Source: Nitrosomonadales bacterium (GTDB lineage: Bacteria; Pseudomonadota; Gammaproteobacteria; Burkholderiales; Gallionellaceae). From it: DNA of 64,000 bases. Under the pieces are notes generated by a model. It was not told where the DNA came from. It saw nothing but the letters and a program-made list of their open reading frames with translations, and did no database searches. The position numbers and the translations under genes were made by a program. The stretch lies in the NCBI GenBank assembly GCA_016234685.1, contig JACRAT010000034.1:23689-87688 (forward strand), read 5' to 3'. Of this stretch, positions 9,793 through 18,542 are shown piece after piece. Each line of letters opens with the position of its first letter. Position 1 is the stretch's first letter.

Positions 9793-10890
9793 TCAAGACT
9801 TCGCGTGGCAATAGCCCACCACTTCCAGCCCGAAGCCCGCCATGCTAGGCAGCTTGCGCGGAGTGGCGATCAGGCACATTTTGCCGACGTTGAGGTCGCG
9901 CAGGATCTGCGCACCGATGCCGTAGCTGCGCGCATCCCACTTGGCGGCGTGATGCGCTTCCGGCGCCTCGCTGGCGCGGGCCAGCAGCTCGGTCGAGCTC
10001 TCTGCCTGATGCATCAGCACCAGCACGCCCGCCTCGACCCGGCTGATCTTGGACAGCGCATCATGCACGCTGGTCCCGTGCGGGAAGCTGACCTGCTCCA
10101 TGAAATCCATCACCGACAGCGGCTCGTGTACACGCACCAGCGTCTCTTGCTCGGGGCGGATGTCGCCCTTCACCAGCGCCAGATGGGCGCGCTGCGTGGT
10201 CTTATCCAGATAACTGACCAGTTCGAATTCGCCATAAGCGGTGTGGACGCAGCGACTGGAGACGCGCTCCACCATCTTCTCGTTGTGGCTGCGGTATTCG
10301 ATCAGATCGGCGATCGCGCCGATCTTCAGTCCGTGCTCCTTGGCAAAGCCTACCAAGTCTGGCAAGCGCGCCATCTCGCCGTCGTCCTTGAGGATCTCAC
10401 AGATCACCGACGCAGGCGTCAGCCCGGCCAGCTGCGCCAGATCGCAGCCGGCTTCGGTGTGCCCGGCGCGCACCAGTACGCCACCGTTCTGCGCCCGCAG
10501 CGGGAAGATGTGGCCCGGCTGCACGATGTCGATATGGGTGGCGCGCGGATGCGCAGCGACCTGGATGGTGCGGGCGCGGTCGGCAGCAGAGATGCCGGTG
10601 GTCACGCCGGTGGCGGCCTCGATGGAAACGGTGAAATTGGTCGCCAGCGACAGCCCGTTCTCGCGCACCATCAGCGGCAGATTGAGCTGCTTGCAATGCG
10701 CCTCGGTCAGCGTCAGACAGATCAGCCCGCGCCCGTGCCGGGCCATGAAATTGATCTTCTCCGGGGTGACAAAATCGGCGGCGAACACCAAGTCGCCCTC
10801 GTTCTCACGGTCTTCCTCGTCCACCAGCACCACCATGCGCCCGGCGCGTATCTCGGCGATGATGTCCTGTATCGGTGCAATGTCTGTCAT
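9793..10890 (-). CDS. ribB: DHBP synthase fused to a degenerate GTP cyclohydrolase II-like domain (RibBA/RibBX type)
   Basis: DEEDRENEGD, FTVSIEA..GVTTGISA.DRA, PGH.FPL, RAGHTEA; the C-domain has VRVHEP but lacks the Zn-binding cysteines. Confidence 0.93.
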   Translation of the reverse strand: MTDIAPIQDIIAEIRAGRMVVLVDEEDRENEGDLVFAADFVTPEKINFMARHGRGLICLTLTEAHCKQLNLPLMVRENGLSLATNFTVSIEAATGVTTGISAADRARTIQVAAHPRATHIDIVQPGHIFPLRAQNGGVLVRAGHTEAGCDLAQLAGLTPASVICEILKDDGEMARLPDLVGFAKEHGLKIGAIADLIEYRSHNEKMVERVSSRCVHTAYGEFELVSYLDKTTQRAHLALVKGDIRPEQETLVRVHEPLSVMDFMEQVSFPHGTSVHDALSKISRVEAGVLVLMHQAESSTELLARASEAPEAHHAAKWDARSYGIGAQILRDLNVGKMCLIATPRKLPSMAGFGLEVVGYCHAKS

Positions 10891-11003
10891 TTTGTTGCGT
10901 CTCTTCGCACCCGATGGGCGCAGATTCTGTTGCGGGGGCGCAATCTTACCATTTCGGCGCGCATCCTTCTTTGCCTGTCTCACTGCGCCCAAGCGTTCCC
11001 GCC

Positions 11004-11009
11004 TATAAT
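11004..11009 (+). promoter_or_regulatory. Perfect sigma70 -10 hexamer 6 nt upstream of the RND start codon
   Basis: gccTATAATtcgggcATG; no Shine-Dalgarno and no clear -35. Confidence 0.45.
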
Positions 11010-11015
11010 TCGGGC

Positions 11016-14000
11016 ATGAAACAGTTCAACCTTTCCGAATGGGCGATCAAGAACCAATCCATGGTTCTTTACTTCCTTGCCGCGCTGATCCTGTCGGGCA
11101 TCTTTTCCTATTTCGAGCTACCGCAGAAAGAAGACCCGGATTTCACCTTCAAGGTGATGACGGTCAAAGCGCAGTGGCCGGGCGCGACGGCACGCGAGGT
11201 GGAGCAGCAAGTCACCGACCGCTTGGAGCGTACCTTGCAAGAGACCCCTTGGCTGGACAACGTCAGCAGCTATTCCAAACCCGGCGAGGCGGTGATCTTC
11301 GTCACCCTGCGCGACGACATGCCGCCTGCCGAGCTAGAACACGCCTGGCGCACCTTGCGCAAGAAACTCTCCGACCTCGACGACGCGCTACCCGACGGCG
11401 TGGAAGGCCCGATCATCAATGACGAATTCGGCGAGACCTTCGGTTCGATCTACGCCTTCACTTCCGACACACTCAGCTACGCCGAGCTGGAGCAGCAAGC
11501 CAGCCGCGCCCGCCGCGAGTTGCTCAAACTTGATCACATCAGCAAGGTCGAGCTGATCGGCGCGCAACCGGAAAAGATCTATATCGAATTCTCCAGCGGC
11601 AAGCTGGCCGAGCTGGGGCTAGACCCGCAGAAGATCGCCGCCCTGCTGCGCGCGCGCAATGCGATGAACCCCGCTGGCGAGATCGTCACCAGCGAAGACA
11701 TCACCCGCGTACGCGTCAGCGGCGATTTCACCTCGCTCGCCAGCGTCCAGAACATCGGCATCCCGGCGCAAGGCCGCATCCACCGGCTGGGCGACATCGC
11801 CCGCGTCTGGCGCGGTTACGAAGATCCGGCCCGCTTCAGGATGCGCCATCAGGGCCAGCCCGCCGTGGGGCTGGCGGTGTCGATGACGCCGGACGGCGAT
11901 GCCATCACACTGGGCCGTGACCTCGACACCGCGATGGCACAAGTGGCGCAGCATCTGCCCGCCGGAGCCGCCATCCATCAGGTCTCCGACCAGCCCAAAG
12001 TGGTCAGACACGCCATCAGCGGCTTCATGCAGGCGCTGATGGAAGCTCTGGTGATCGTGCTGGCGGTAGGCTTCCTCAGTCTGGGCTGGCGCGCCGGACT
12101 AGTGGTGGCGCTGTCCATTCCGCTGGTGATGGCGGGCACTTTCCTGCTGATGAAAGCCTTCGGCATCGACTTGCAGCGCGTCTCGGTCGGCGCGCTCATC
12201 ATCGCCATCGGCCTGCTAGTGGACGACGCGATGATCGCCGTCGAAATGATGAAAGTGAAGCTAGAGCAAGGCTGGAGCCGCGCCAGCGCCGCCGTGTTCG
12301 CCTACAAGAGCACCGCATTCCCCATGCTGACTGGCACGCTCATCACCGCTGCCGCCTTCTTGCCGGTGGGTTTGGCCAAATCCTCGGCGGGCGAATACAC
12401 CTTCTCCATCTGCGCCGTGGTCACGCTGGCGTTGCTGGTTTCCTGGCTGGTCGCCGTGGTATTCACGCCCTTCCTCGGCTACCACTTGCTGGGCGAACAC
12501 ACCGGGCGAGCTGTCCCGCTGTATCAGGGCCGCGCCCATCTGCGCTTCCGGCGGCTAGTGGTCTGGTGTCTGGCGCACCGCAAGCGCGTCATCCTCGCCA
12601 CCGTCGCCGTGTTCGCCCTGTCGCTGGCCGGTTTCAGCAAGGTCGAACAACAGTTCTTCCCGCCCTCCGAGCGCCCCGAGTTGCTGATGGACATCTGGCT
12701 GCCGGAAGGCACGGCCTTTGCCACCACCGAAGGCATCGTGAGCGAGATCGAAAAGGAGTTCCGCAACGACAGCAAGGTGCTGCGCTACACCAGCTACGTC
12801 GGCGGCAGCTCGCCGCGCTTCTATCTGCCGCTGGACTTGCAACTGCCCAGCGTCAACTACGCCCAGATCGTGGTCGAGACCCGCGACATGCAGGCGCGCG
12901 AAGACGTGCTGAAACGCATCCGTGCCAGCATCGACAAGGACTACCCCGATTCCGGCGTGCGCATCTCGCGGCTGGAGAACGGCCCGCCGGTGGGCTACCC
13001 GATCCAATTCTGGGTGACGGGCGAAAACCCCGAGACCGCGCGCGGCATCGCCGACCAAGTGCTGAGCGCGGTCAAAGCCAACCCGCATACCAAGAACGCC
13101 AGTCTGGATTCGAACACCCCGGTGCATACGCTGCGCATCGAAGTGGATCAGGACAAAGCGCGCGCGCTGGGCATCTCCACCCAAGGCCTGTCGCGCCATC
13201 TGCAAACCCTGCTGTCGGGCCGCACCGTCAGCCAATATCGTGAGGGAGAGAAGCAGATCGGCATCGTGCTGCGCGCCGAAGAGGCCGACCGAGGCAGTCT
13301 GGAATTCCTCAACCGCGCCCGCCTCATCTCCGAGAGCGGACATCCAGTGGCGCTCTCCAGCATCGCTCGCATCGTCGAAGTCTCGGAAGAGAGCATCGTC
13401 TGGCGCATGAACCGTCTGCCCATCATCACCGTGCGCGCCGACGTGCCAGACGACGTGCAAGCCCCCGAAGTGAGCCAAGAGATCGAGCACAAGCTGGCCG
13501 ACATCCGCGCCAAACTGCCGCCCGGCTACCAGATCAAAGTCGCTGGCGCACTGGCCGACAACGACAAAGCCAACGACTCCATCATCGCCGTGCTGCCGCT
13601 CACCGGCTTCCTCATCCTCAGCCTGCTGATGCTGCAACTGCGCCGCTTCAGCCTAGTCGCGCTGGTGCTGCTCACCGCCCCGCTCGGCCTGATCGGCGTC
13701 ACACTGGCGCTGCTGCCGTTCAACGTCCCCTTCGGCTTCGTCGCCATGCTCGGCATGATCTCGCTGGCCGGGATGATCATGCGCAACTCGGTGATCTTGG
13801 TTGACCAGATCGAGCAAGACATGGCGCAGGGCCTCACCCGCTACGATGCCATCATCGACTCCACCGTGCGCCGCGCCCGCCCCATCCTCCTCACCGCCGC
13901 CGCCGCCATCCTCGCCATGATCCCCCTCACCACCAGCGTATTCTGGGGCCCCATGGCCATCGTCATCATGGGCGGCCTACTCATCGCCACCCTGCTCACC

Positions 14001-14054
14001 CTACTCACCCTGCCCGCACTGTATGCGGCGTGGTATCGAGTGAAGGCGGGGTGA
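11016..14054 (+). CDS. RND efflux transporter permease (AcrB/AcrD/AcrF family, MexK/TriC-like)
   Basis: FNLSEWAI start, EDPDFT, WPGATAREVE, GLLVDDA, R.RPI.LTA; about 1012 aa with two periplasmic loops. Confidence 0.95.
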   Translation: MKQFNLSEWAIKNQSMVLYFLAALILSGIFSYFELPQKEDPDFTFKVMTVKAQWPGATAREVEQQVTDRLERTLQETPWLDNVSSYSKPGEAVIFVTLRDDMPPAELEHAWRTLRKKLSDLDDALPDGVEGPIINDEFGETFGSIYAFTSDTLSYAELEQQASRARRELLKLDHISKVELIGAQPEKIYIEFSSGKLAELGLDPQKIAALLRARNAMNPAGEIVTSEDITRVRVSGDFTSLASVQNIGIPAQGRIHRLGDIARVWRGYEDPARFRMRHQGQPAVGLAVSMTPDGDAITLGRDLDTAMAQVAQHLPAGAAIHQVSDQPKVVRHAISGFMQALMEALVIVLAVGFLSLGWRAGLVVALSIPLVMAGTFLLMKAFGIDLQRVSVGALIIAIGLLVDDAMIAVEMMKVKLEQGWSRASAAVFAYKSTAFPMLTGTLITAAAFLPVGLAKSSAGEYTFSICAVVTLALLVSWLVAVVFTPFLGYHLLGEHTGRAVPLYQGRAHLRFRRLVVWCLAHRKRVILATVAVFALSLAGFSKVEQQFFPPSERPELLMDIWLPEGTAFATTEGIVSEIEKEFRNDSKVLRYTSYVGGSSPRFYLPLDLQLPSVNYAQIVVETRDMQAREDVLKRIRASIDKDYPDSGVRISRLENGPPVGYPIQFWVTGENPETARGIADQVLSAVKANPHTKNASLDSNTPVHTLRIEVDQDKARALGISTQGLSRHLQTLLSGRTVSQYREGEKQIGIVLRAEEADRGSLEFLNRARLISESGHPVALSSIARIVEVSEESIVWRMNRLPIITVRADVPDDVQAPEVSQEIEHKLADIRAKLPPGYQIKVAGALADNDKANDSIIAVLPLTGFLILSLLMLQLRRFSLVALVLLTAPLGLIGVTLALLPFNVPFGFVAMLGMISLAGMIMRNSVILVDQIEQDMAQGLTRYDAIIDSTVRRARPILLTAAAAILAMIPLTTSVFWGPMAIVIMGGLLIATLLTLLTLPALYAAWYRVKAG

Positions 14055-14236
14055 GGGATGGATGATAGACTTGCCCCATCGAATAACTCATCGTCCCCGA
14101 TAAGGTTGCGCGGCAGTTTTGATGCGACGACTGGAAAATCCTTGTTGGGGGCGACTTTACTTAGGTATTGCAACTTTCAGGATGTATTGCCACAAACCAC
14201 GGAACACATCCATATCGTTCAAAAATGAGTATAAAC

Positions 14237-14656
14237 ATGAATTCACAAAAGGCGTTGGAAGACATCAAGGTCGATGTAAAACTGAAGCTTGCGGCAGCCT
14301 GGACGAGTTTTATGTTTCTCTACATATACGTAGATTATTTTCACTTGTACATGCCAAGCTCCATAAAAGACTTAATATCGGGCAGAGTATTCGAGTTTGA
14401 AATTACTCAAGTATTTCTATTAGTAGTACTAGCCTCAGTAACAATTCCAGCTCTAATGATTTTTCTGTCTGTTGGCCTGCCGGCTAAGATCAGTCGCTGG
14501 ACAAACATCATCGTGGCTACGGTTTATATTCCCTATACGTTAGTTAATTTGGTAGGAGAAGCTTGGCTTCACATGATATTTGGTGCTGCTGTAGAGGTCG
14601 CCCTTCTTCTACTAGTTATCTGGTATGCATGGAAGTGGCCTAAACAGGGAGCATGA
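14237..14656 (+). CDS. Small AT-rich membrane protein (DUF6326-like)
   Basis: KLKLAAAWTSFMFLYIYVDYFHLYMP...IWYAWKWP with about 4 TM helices; clearly lower GC than the flanks. Family assignment is from memory. Confidence 0.7.
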   Translation: MNSQKALEDIKVDVKLKLAAAWTSFMFLYIYVDYFHLYMPSSIKDLISGRVFEFEITQVFLLVVLASVTIPALMIFLSVGLPAKISRWTNIIVATVYIPYTLVNLVGEAWLHMIFGAAVEVALLLLVIWYAWKWPKQGA

Positions 14657-14668
14657 ACACGGGAAAGA

Positions 14669-14770
14669 TAGGGGCAGATTCGACTTAATCTGTGCAGCAG
14701 CAAGCACGGTGCTGCGCTTCCGCCCATCCTACGACGCCTAGCTGGTACTCCGCAGGCTCAGGACGATCGG
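14669..14770. repeat. Degenerate composite repeat homologous (inverted) to 58170-58254 next to the RAYT transposase
   Basis: taggggcagattcgacttaatc..gcagcagca..gcacggtgc..cttccgc..tccgcaggctcaggacgatcgga aligns with the reverse complement of 58170-58254. Confidence 0.7.
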
Positions 14771-14774
14771 ATCA

Positions 14775-15120
14775 CGAGAAGCTGGGGGGCGGCACGAACC
14801 CCAGCTTCTCGAATACCCAAATCCGTGCGCGCAGCGCACACAAAACCGCTTTTCCCTCCCCTGTTCCGCCACCGAGTAGCGGAAAACGGTCAGGGGTTTT
14901 CGGCGAGGACTGTTTGAGCGCGTAGCGCGAGTTCCGCAGCCGCCTGACCGTTTGAGCAACGCAGGGAACCCCGAAGGGGTGGCGGATTGGGGTCGCCTTT
15001 CTTGGGTTACTTTCTTTGGCGAGACAAAGAAAGTAACTGGCTGCCGGGCCACTCCCGGCGCTGCTCGCTCAACTTCCGCCAGACCGAACCATTCCCCCTT
15101 CGATACCTCAGGGCGAACGG
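14775..15120. repeat. Mosaic of structured repeats: 13-bp hairpin, gtgcgcgcagcgcac palindrome, ~200-nt MITE-like element, CCCTTCGA..CTCAGGGCGAACGG repeat
   Basis: cgagaagctgggg/ccccagcttctcg (14775-14811); gttactttctttg-gcgaga-caaagaaagtaac and gccggg..cccggc hairpins (about 15006-15059); cccttcgatacctcagggcgaacgg (about 15096-15120). Confidence 0.7.
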
Positions 15121-15254
15121 AATTTCTTCTAAAGTGAACCGCATTGCGGGCGCACCCTGCTTTGCTGGAGGCTGCGTTACGTTCATGGCCAAGCTAGGAC
15201 AACTAGGCACGTCAAGAGTAAAATGGCCTAAACACAGCCTAGAGAGTATCCACC

Positions 15255-15485
15255 ATGTCCGCGTTACTAGCCGAGTTAGAGCAACAAGCGTGTGCGCTTT
15301 TACCCGAAGAGCGAGCGCAGCTTGCCGAGATTCTTCTTCAGTCACTACATGGCTCATCACCCTCCGAAATCGGAACGAAGTGGGAGCAAGAGATCAAAAA
15401 ACGCGTTGCGGCTTTCGACAGAGGTGAGCTACAGACCTACCCCGCCGAAGACGTATTTGCTGAAGCAAGGCGTATGACTCAGTGA
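15255..15485 (+). CDS. Putative addiction-module antitoxin (TIGR02574-like)
   Basis: L.PEERAQLAE.LL.SL, W..EI.KR....D.G; overlaps the toxin start (GTGA). Confidence 0.85.
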   Translation: MSALLAELEQQACALLPEERAQLAEILLQSLHGSSPSEIGTKWEQEIKKRVAAFDRGELQTYPAEDVFAEARRMTQ

Positions 15486-15784
15486 GACGAGCACGATTTG
15501 TCGCAGAGGCTCGTCAAGAGTTTCTTGCCGAGGTCGCTTATTACAACGAAGCCCAATCCGGCTTGGGAGCAAGTTTCACCAAAGCCGTCGAAGAAGCGAC
15601 TGCCAGAGCGTTGTCATTCCCTCTATCTGGCACACCGTCTGCTTCAAATACGAGGCGCATTTCCCTCAACGGCTTCCCTTTCTCGCTTTTCTACCGCCCC
15701 GAGGATAGTGGCATAGTTATTTTTGCAACAGCGCACCATGCCCGCAAACCCCGTTATTGGGTTTGCCGCATACGTGATCGCTAA
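15482..15784 (+). CDS. Type II toxin, RelE/ParE family
   Basis: EA..EF...V.YY...Q.GLG..F, P..G, RR..L..FP.SLFY, I.A.AH..R.P.YW. Confidence 0.88.
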   Translation: MRRARFVAEARQEFLAEVAYYNEAQSGLGASFTKAVEEATARALSFPLSGTPSASNTRRISLNGFPFSLFYRPEDSGIVIFATAHHARKPRYWVCRIRDR

Positions 15785-15830
15785 CCCGACACTGCGCAAA
15801 AATGCGTAGCTCCTCAACTCCAAGTTAACC
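15779..15830 (+). other. Possible degenerate integron attC remnant
   Basis: The toxin stop lies in GCTAAC, followed by an internal hairpin ctgcgca-aaaa-tgcgtag and ending GTTAACC; only about 52 bp and no clear L'' box. Confidence 0.35.
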
Positions 15831-15847
15831 TCACGCCAAACCTAACC

Positions 15848-16198
15848 ATGAAAAAACCCTCCCTCCTACAACGCCTGCGCGCGAAAAAACGTAACGAAGC
15901 ACTGATGATAGGCATCACTTGGTATACCGAGGAGACTTGGGCGCAGGTAAAAGCGACGGCGGTCGACCCAGAGTGTTTCGAGGATAGTTTTTTGCTGTGG
16001 AAGGCGATGGCGACCAAGGCACGCCGGGAGTTCCAGCGTTCAGGCGTGCGCGCCGTCGAGTTTCAGATCGTCCCGCAGGATTTCTTTGCTTGGTGCGCGC
16101 TGAACGATCAGCAGAACAACGCTACCGCCAGAGCCGAATTCGTTTCCGAAGCGATGAGCGCCGCCAGCGAAAGCCCGCGCGGCCCGGATGCAGCCTAG
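15848..16198 (+). CDS. Hypothetical protein
   Basis: 116-aa ORF with a natural-looking composition (WY...W, F..WC, AR.EF) filling the gap before the convergent tldD. Confidence 0.7.
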   Translation: MKKPSLLQRLRAKKRNEALMIGITWYTEETWAQVKATAVDPECFEDSFLLWKAMATKARREFQRSGVRAVEFQIVPQDFFAWCALNDQQNNATARAEFVSEAMSAASESPRGPDAA

Positions 16199-16212
16199 AG
16201 AAACGCTGAAAC

Positions 16213-17652
16213 CTACGCCGTCCCGCCCACCGTCAGCCCTTCGATGCGCACTGTCGGTTGCCCGACTCCGACCGGGACGCTCTGGCCTTCTTTGCCGCAG
16301 GTTCCCACGCCGGGGTCTAGGGCTAGGTCGTTGCCTATCATGGAGACGCGGGTGAGCGCTTCCGGGCCATTGCCGATCAGGGTCGCGCCTTTCACCGGGT
16401 AGGTGATCTTGCCGTTCTCGATCATGTAGGCTTCGGTGGTGGAGAAGACGAACTTGCCGCTGGTGATGTCGACCTGACCGCCGCCGAAATTAGCCGCGTA
16501 CAAGCCGTGTTCAACCGAGGCGATGATCTCTTCCGGCGAGCGGTCGCCGTTCATCATCATGGTGTTGGTCATGCGCGGCATCGGCAGATGGGCGTAGGAT
16601 TCACGCCGCGCGTTGCCGGTGGTCGCCACGCCCATCAGGCGGGCGTTGAGGCTATCTTGCAGATAACCTTTGAGGATGCCGTCTTCGATCAGCACGGTGC
16701 GCTGGGTCGGGTTGCCTTCGTCGTCCATCTGCAAAGAGCCGCGCCGTTGGGAGATCGTGCCGTCGTCCACCACGGTGACACCCTTGGCGGCGACGCGCTC
16801 GCCGACGCGACCGGAGAAAGCCGAACTGCCCTTGCGGTTGAAGTCGCCTTCCAGCCCGTGGCCGACGGCTTCGTGCAGCAGAATGCCGGGCCAGCCTGAG
16901 CCCAGCACCACCGTCATGCAGCCCGCCGGAGCGGGCTTGGCATCCAGATTCACCACGGCCTGATGCACTGCACGGGCGGCGTAGTCGTGCAGCAACTCGT
17001 CAGTGAAATAATCGTAGCCGAAGCGTCCGCCGCCGCCAGCCGAGCCTTGCTCGCGCTTGCCATCGCTTTCGACGATAACTTGCAGCGAGAGCCGCACCAG
17101 CGGGCGGATGTCGGCGTTCATCAAGCCGTCGCTGCGCGCCACCAGCACCACTTCGTACTCGCCCGCCAGACTCGCCATCACTTGGGTGACGCGCGGATCG
17201 AGCGCGCGGGCCTGACGTTCCAGCCGCTCCAGCAGTGCCACTTTGGACGAGGCATCGAGGCTGGCTATGGGGTCGTGCGGCAGATAAAGATCGTGCTGCC
17301 CGCCACGACGCATCATCGGCGCGACCTGTCCGCCGCCTTGGCGGGCGATGGCGCGGGTCGCCTGCGCCGCATCCTCAAGGGCGACCAGACTGATGTCGTC
17401 AGAATAGGCGAAAGCGGTCTTCTCGCCGCTCACCGCACGCACGCCCACGCCTTGATCTATGCCGAAGCTGCCCGATTTGACGATGCCCTCTTCCAGCGAC
17501 CAACTCTCGGCGCGGCTGTACTGGAAGTACAGGTCGGCGTAGTCGAGTTGATGCGAGAGCATCTTGCTGAACACCTGCTCCAGTTGGCGGGCGTCCAGCG
17601 CGTGGGGCTGCAACAACGATTGTTGCGCCAGTTCAAATACCGATAGGGTCAT
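16213..17652 (-). CDS. tldD: Metalloprotease TldD
   Basis: [49 protein letters not shown]. Confidence 0.98.
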   Translation of the reverse strand: MTLSVFELAQQSLLQPHALDARQLEQVFSKMLSHQLDYADLYFQYSRAESWSLEEGIVKSGSFGIDQGVGVRAVSGEKTAFAYSDDISLVALEDAAQATRAIARQGGGQVAPMMRRGGQHDLYLPHDPIASLDASSKVALLERLERQARALDPRVTQVMASLAGEYEVVLVARSDGLMNADIRPLVRLSLQVIVESDGKREQGSAGGGGRFGYDYFTDELLHDYAARAVHQAVVNLDAKPAPAGCMTVVLGSGWPGILLHEAVGHGLEGDFNRKGSSAFSGRVGERVAAKGVTVVDDGTISQRRGSLQMDDEGNPTQRTVLIEDGILKGYLQDSLNARLMGVATTGNARRESYAHLPMPRMTNTMMMNGDRSPEEIIASVEHGLYAANFGGGQVDITSGKFVFSTTEAYMIENGKITYPVKGATLIGNGPEALTRVSMIGNDLALDPGVGTCGKEGQSVPVGVGQPTVRIEGLTVGGTA

Positions 17653-18497
17653 GGTTTGTCACAGCATTTGCAGGTGAGGGTACGGTGCGTCAGCGCAGGC
17701 AGACTGGCGCGGATGCTGGCTTGATAGGCAGGATTGATCTCCGCCACCACCACGCCGGAACCGCGCGGCAACTCATCCAGCACACGCCCCCAGGGGTCGA
17801 CGATCATGCTGTGGCCGTGAGTCTCGCGCCCGTTGACGTGATAACCACCCTGCGCCGAAGCGATGAAGTAGGCCAGATTCTCGATGGCACGCGCCCGGAT
17901 CAGCACTTCCCAGTGCATCTTGCCGGTGGTGGCGGTGAAGGCGGCGGGCAGCACGAAGAAATCGACATCCTTCATGGCGCGGAACAGCTCGGGGAAGCGC
18001 AAATCGTAGCACACCGCCAGCCCCATGCGCCCGAACGGCGTCTCGACCACCACGACCTGATCGCCGGATTCGATGGTACGCGCTTCGCAATATTTCTCGT
18101 TACCCAGCTCCAGATTGAACAGGTGGATCTTGTCATAGCGTGCGACCTGCTCGCCTTCGTCGTTAAACACCAGCAGCGAGTTGCGCACCTTGGTCGGATC
18201 GCTCGCCTCCAGCGGGATAGAGCCGCCCACCAGCCAGACGCGATACTGCCGCGCCATATCGGAAAGGAAAGTCTGGATGCGCCCGTCGCCCATCTGTTCG
18301 CGCACTGCCACCTTGTCCATCTCGTTCATGCCCATGATGGGGAAATATTCGGGCAGCACCACCAACTTCGCCCCTTCCGCCACCGCCTTGGCGATCAGGC
18401 GCTTGGCTTCGTTGAGATTGGCTTCGACATTGGGGCCGGATGCCATCTGTACGGCAGCGGCTTTGAATGAGGGAATGGCTCTGGATACGTCCTGCAT
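17649..18497 (-). CDS. Carbon-nitrogen hydrolase (Nit1/deaminated glutathione amidase-like)
   Basis: Catalytic triad in LPEY, YDKIHLF and VCYDLRFPE; RARAIEN; conserved yhdP-nit-tldD context. Confidence 0.93.
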   Translation of the reverse strand: MQDVSRAIPSFKAAAVQMASGPNVEANLNEAKRLIAKAVAEGAKLVVLPEYFPIMGMNEMDKVAVREQMGDGRIQTFLSDMARQYRVWLVGGSIPLEASDPTKVRNSLLVFNDEGEQVARYDKIHLFNLELGNEKYCEARTIESGDQVVVVETPFGRMGLAVCYDLRFPELFRAMKDVDFFVLPAAFTATTGKMHWEVLIRARAIENLAYFIASAQGGYHVNGRETHGHSMIVDPWGRVLDELPRGSGVVVAEINPAYQASIRASLPALTHRTLTCKCCDKP

Positions 18498-18542
18498 GAT
18501 GATCGCTCTAGTCTCTTTTCGGATTTTGGTACGGGCTGACGG

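Noticed and set aside
10891-11015. FMN riboswitch upstream of ribB
   Set aside because: The intergenic region is only 125 bp and lacks the conserved RFN sequence blocks.
14692-15427. Several short ORFs over the repeat mosaic
   Set aside because: They translate palindromic repeats or overlap the antitoxin; no coding signature.
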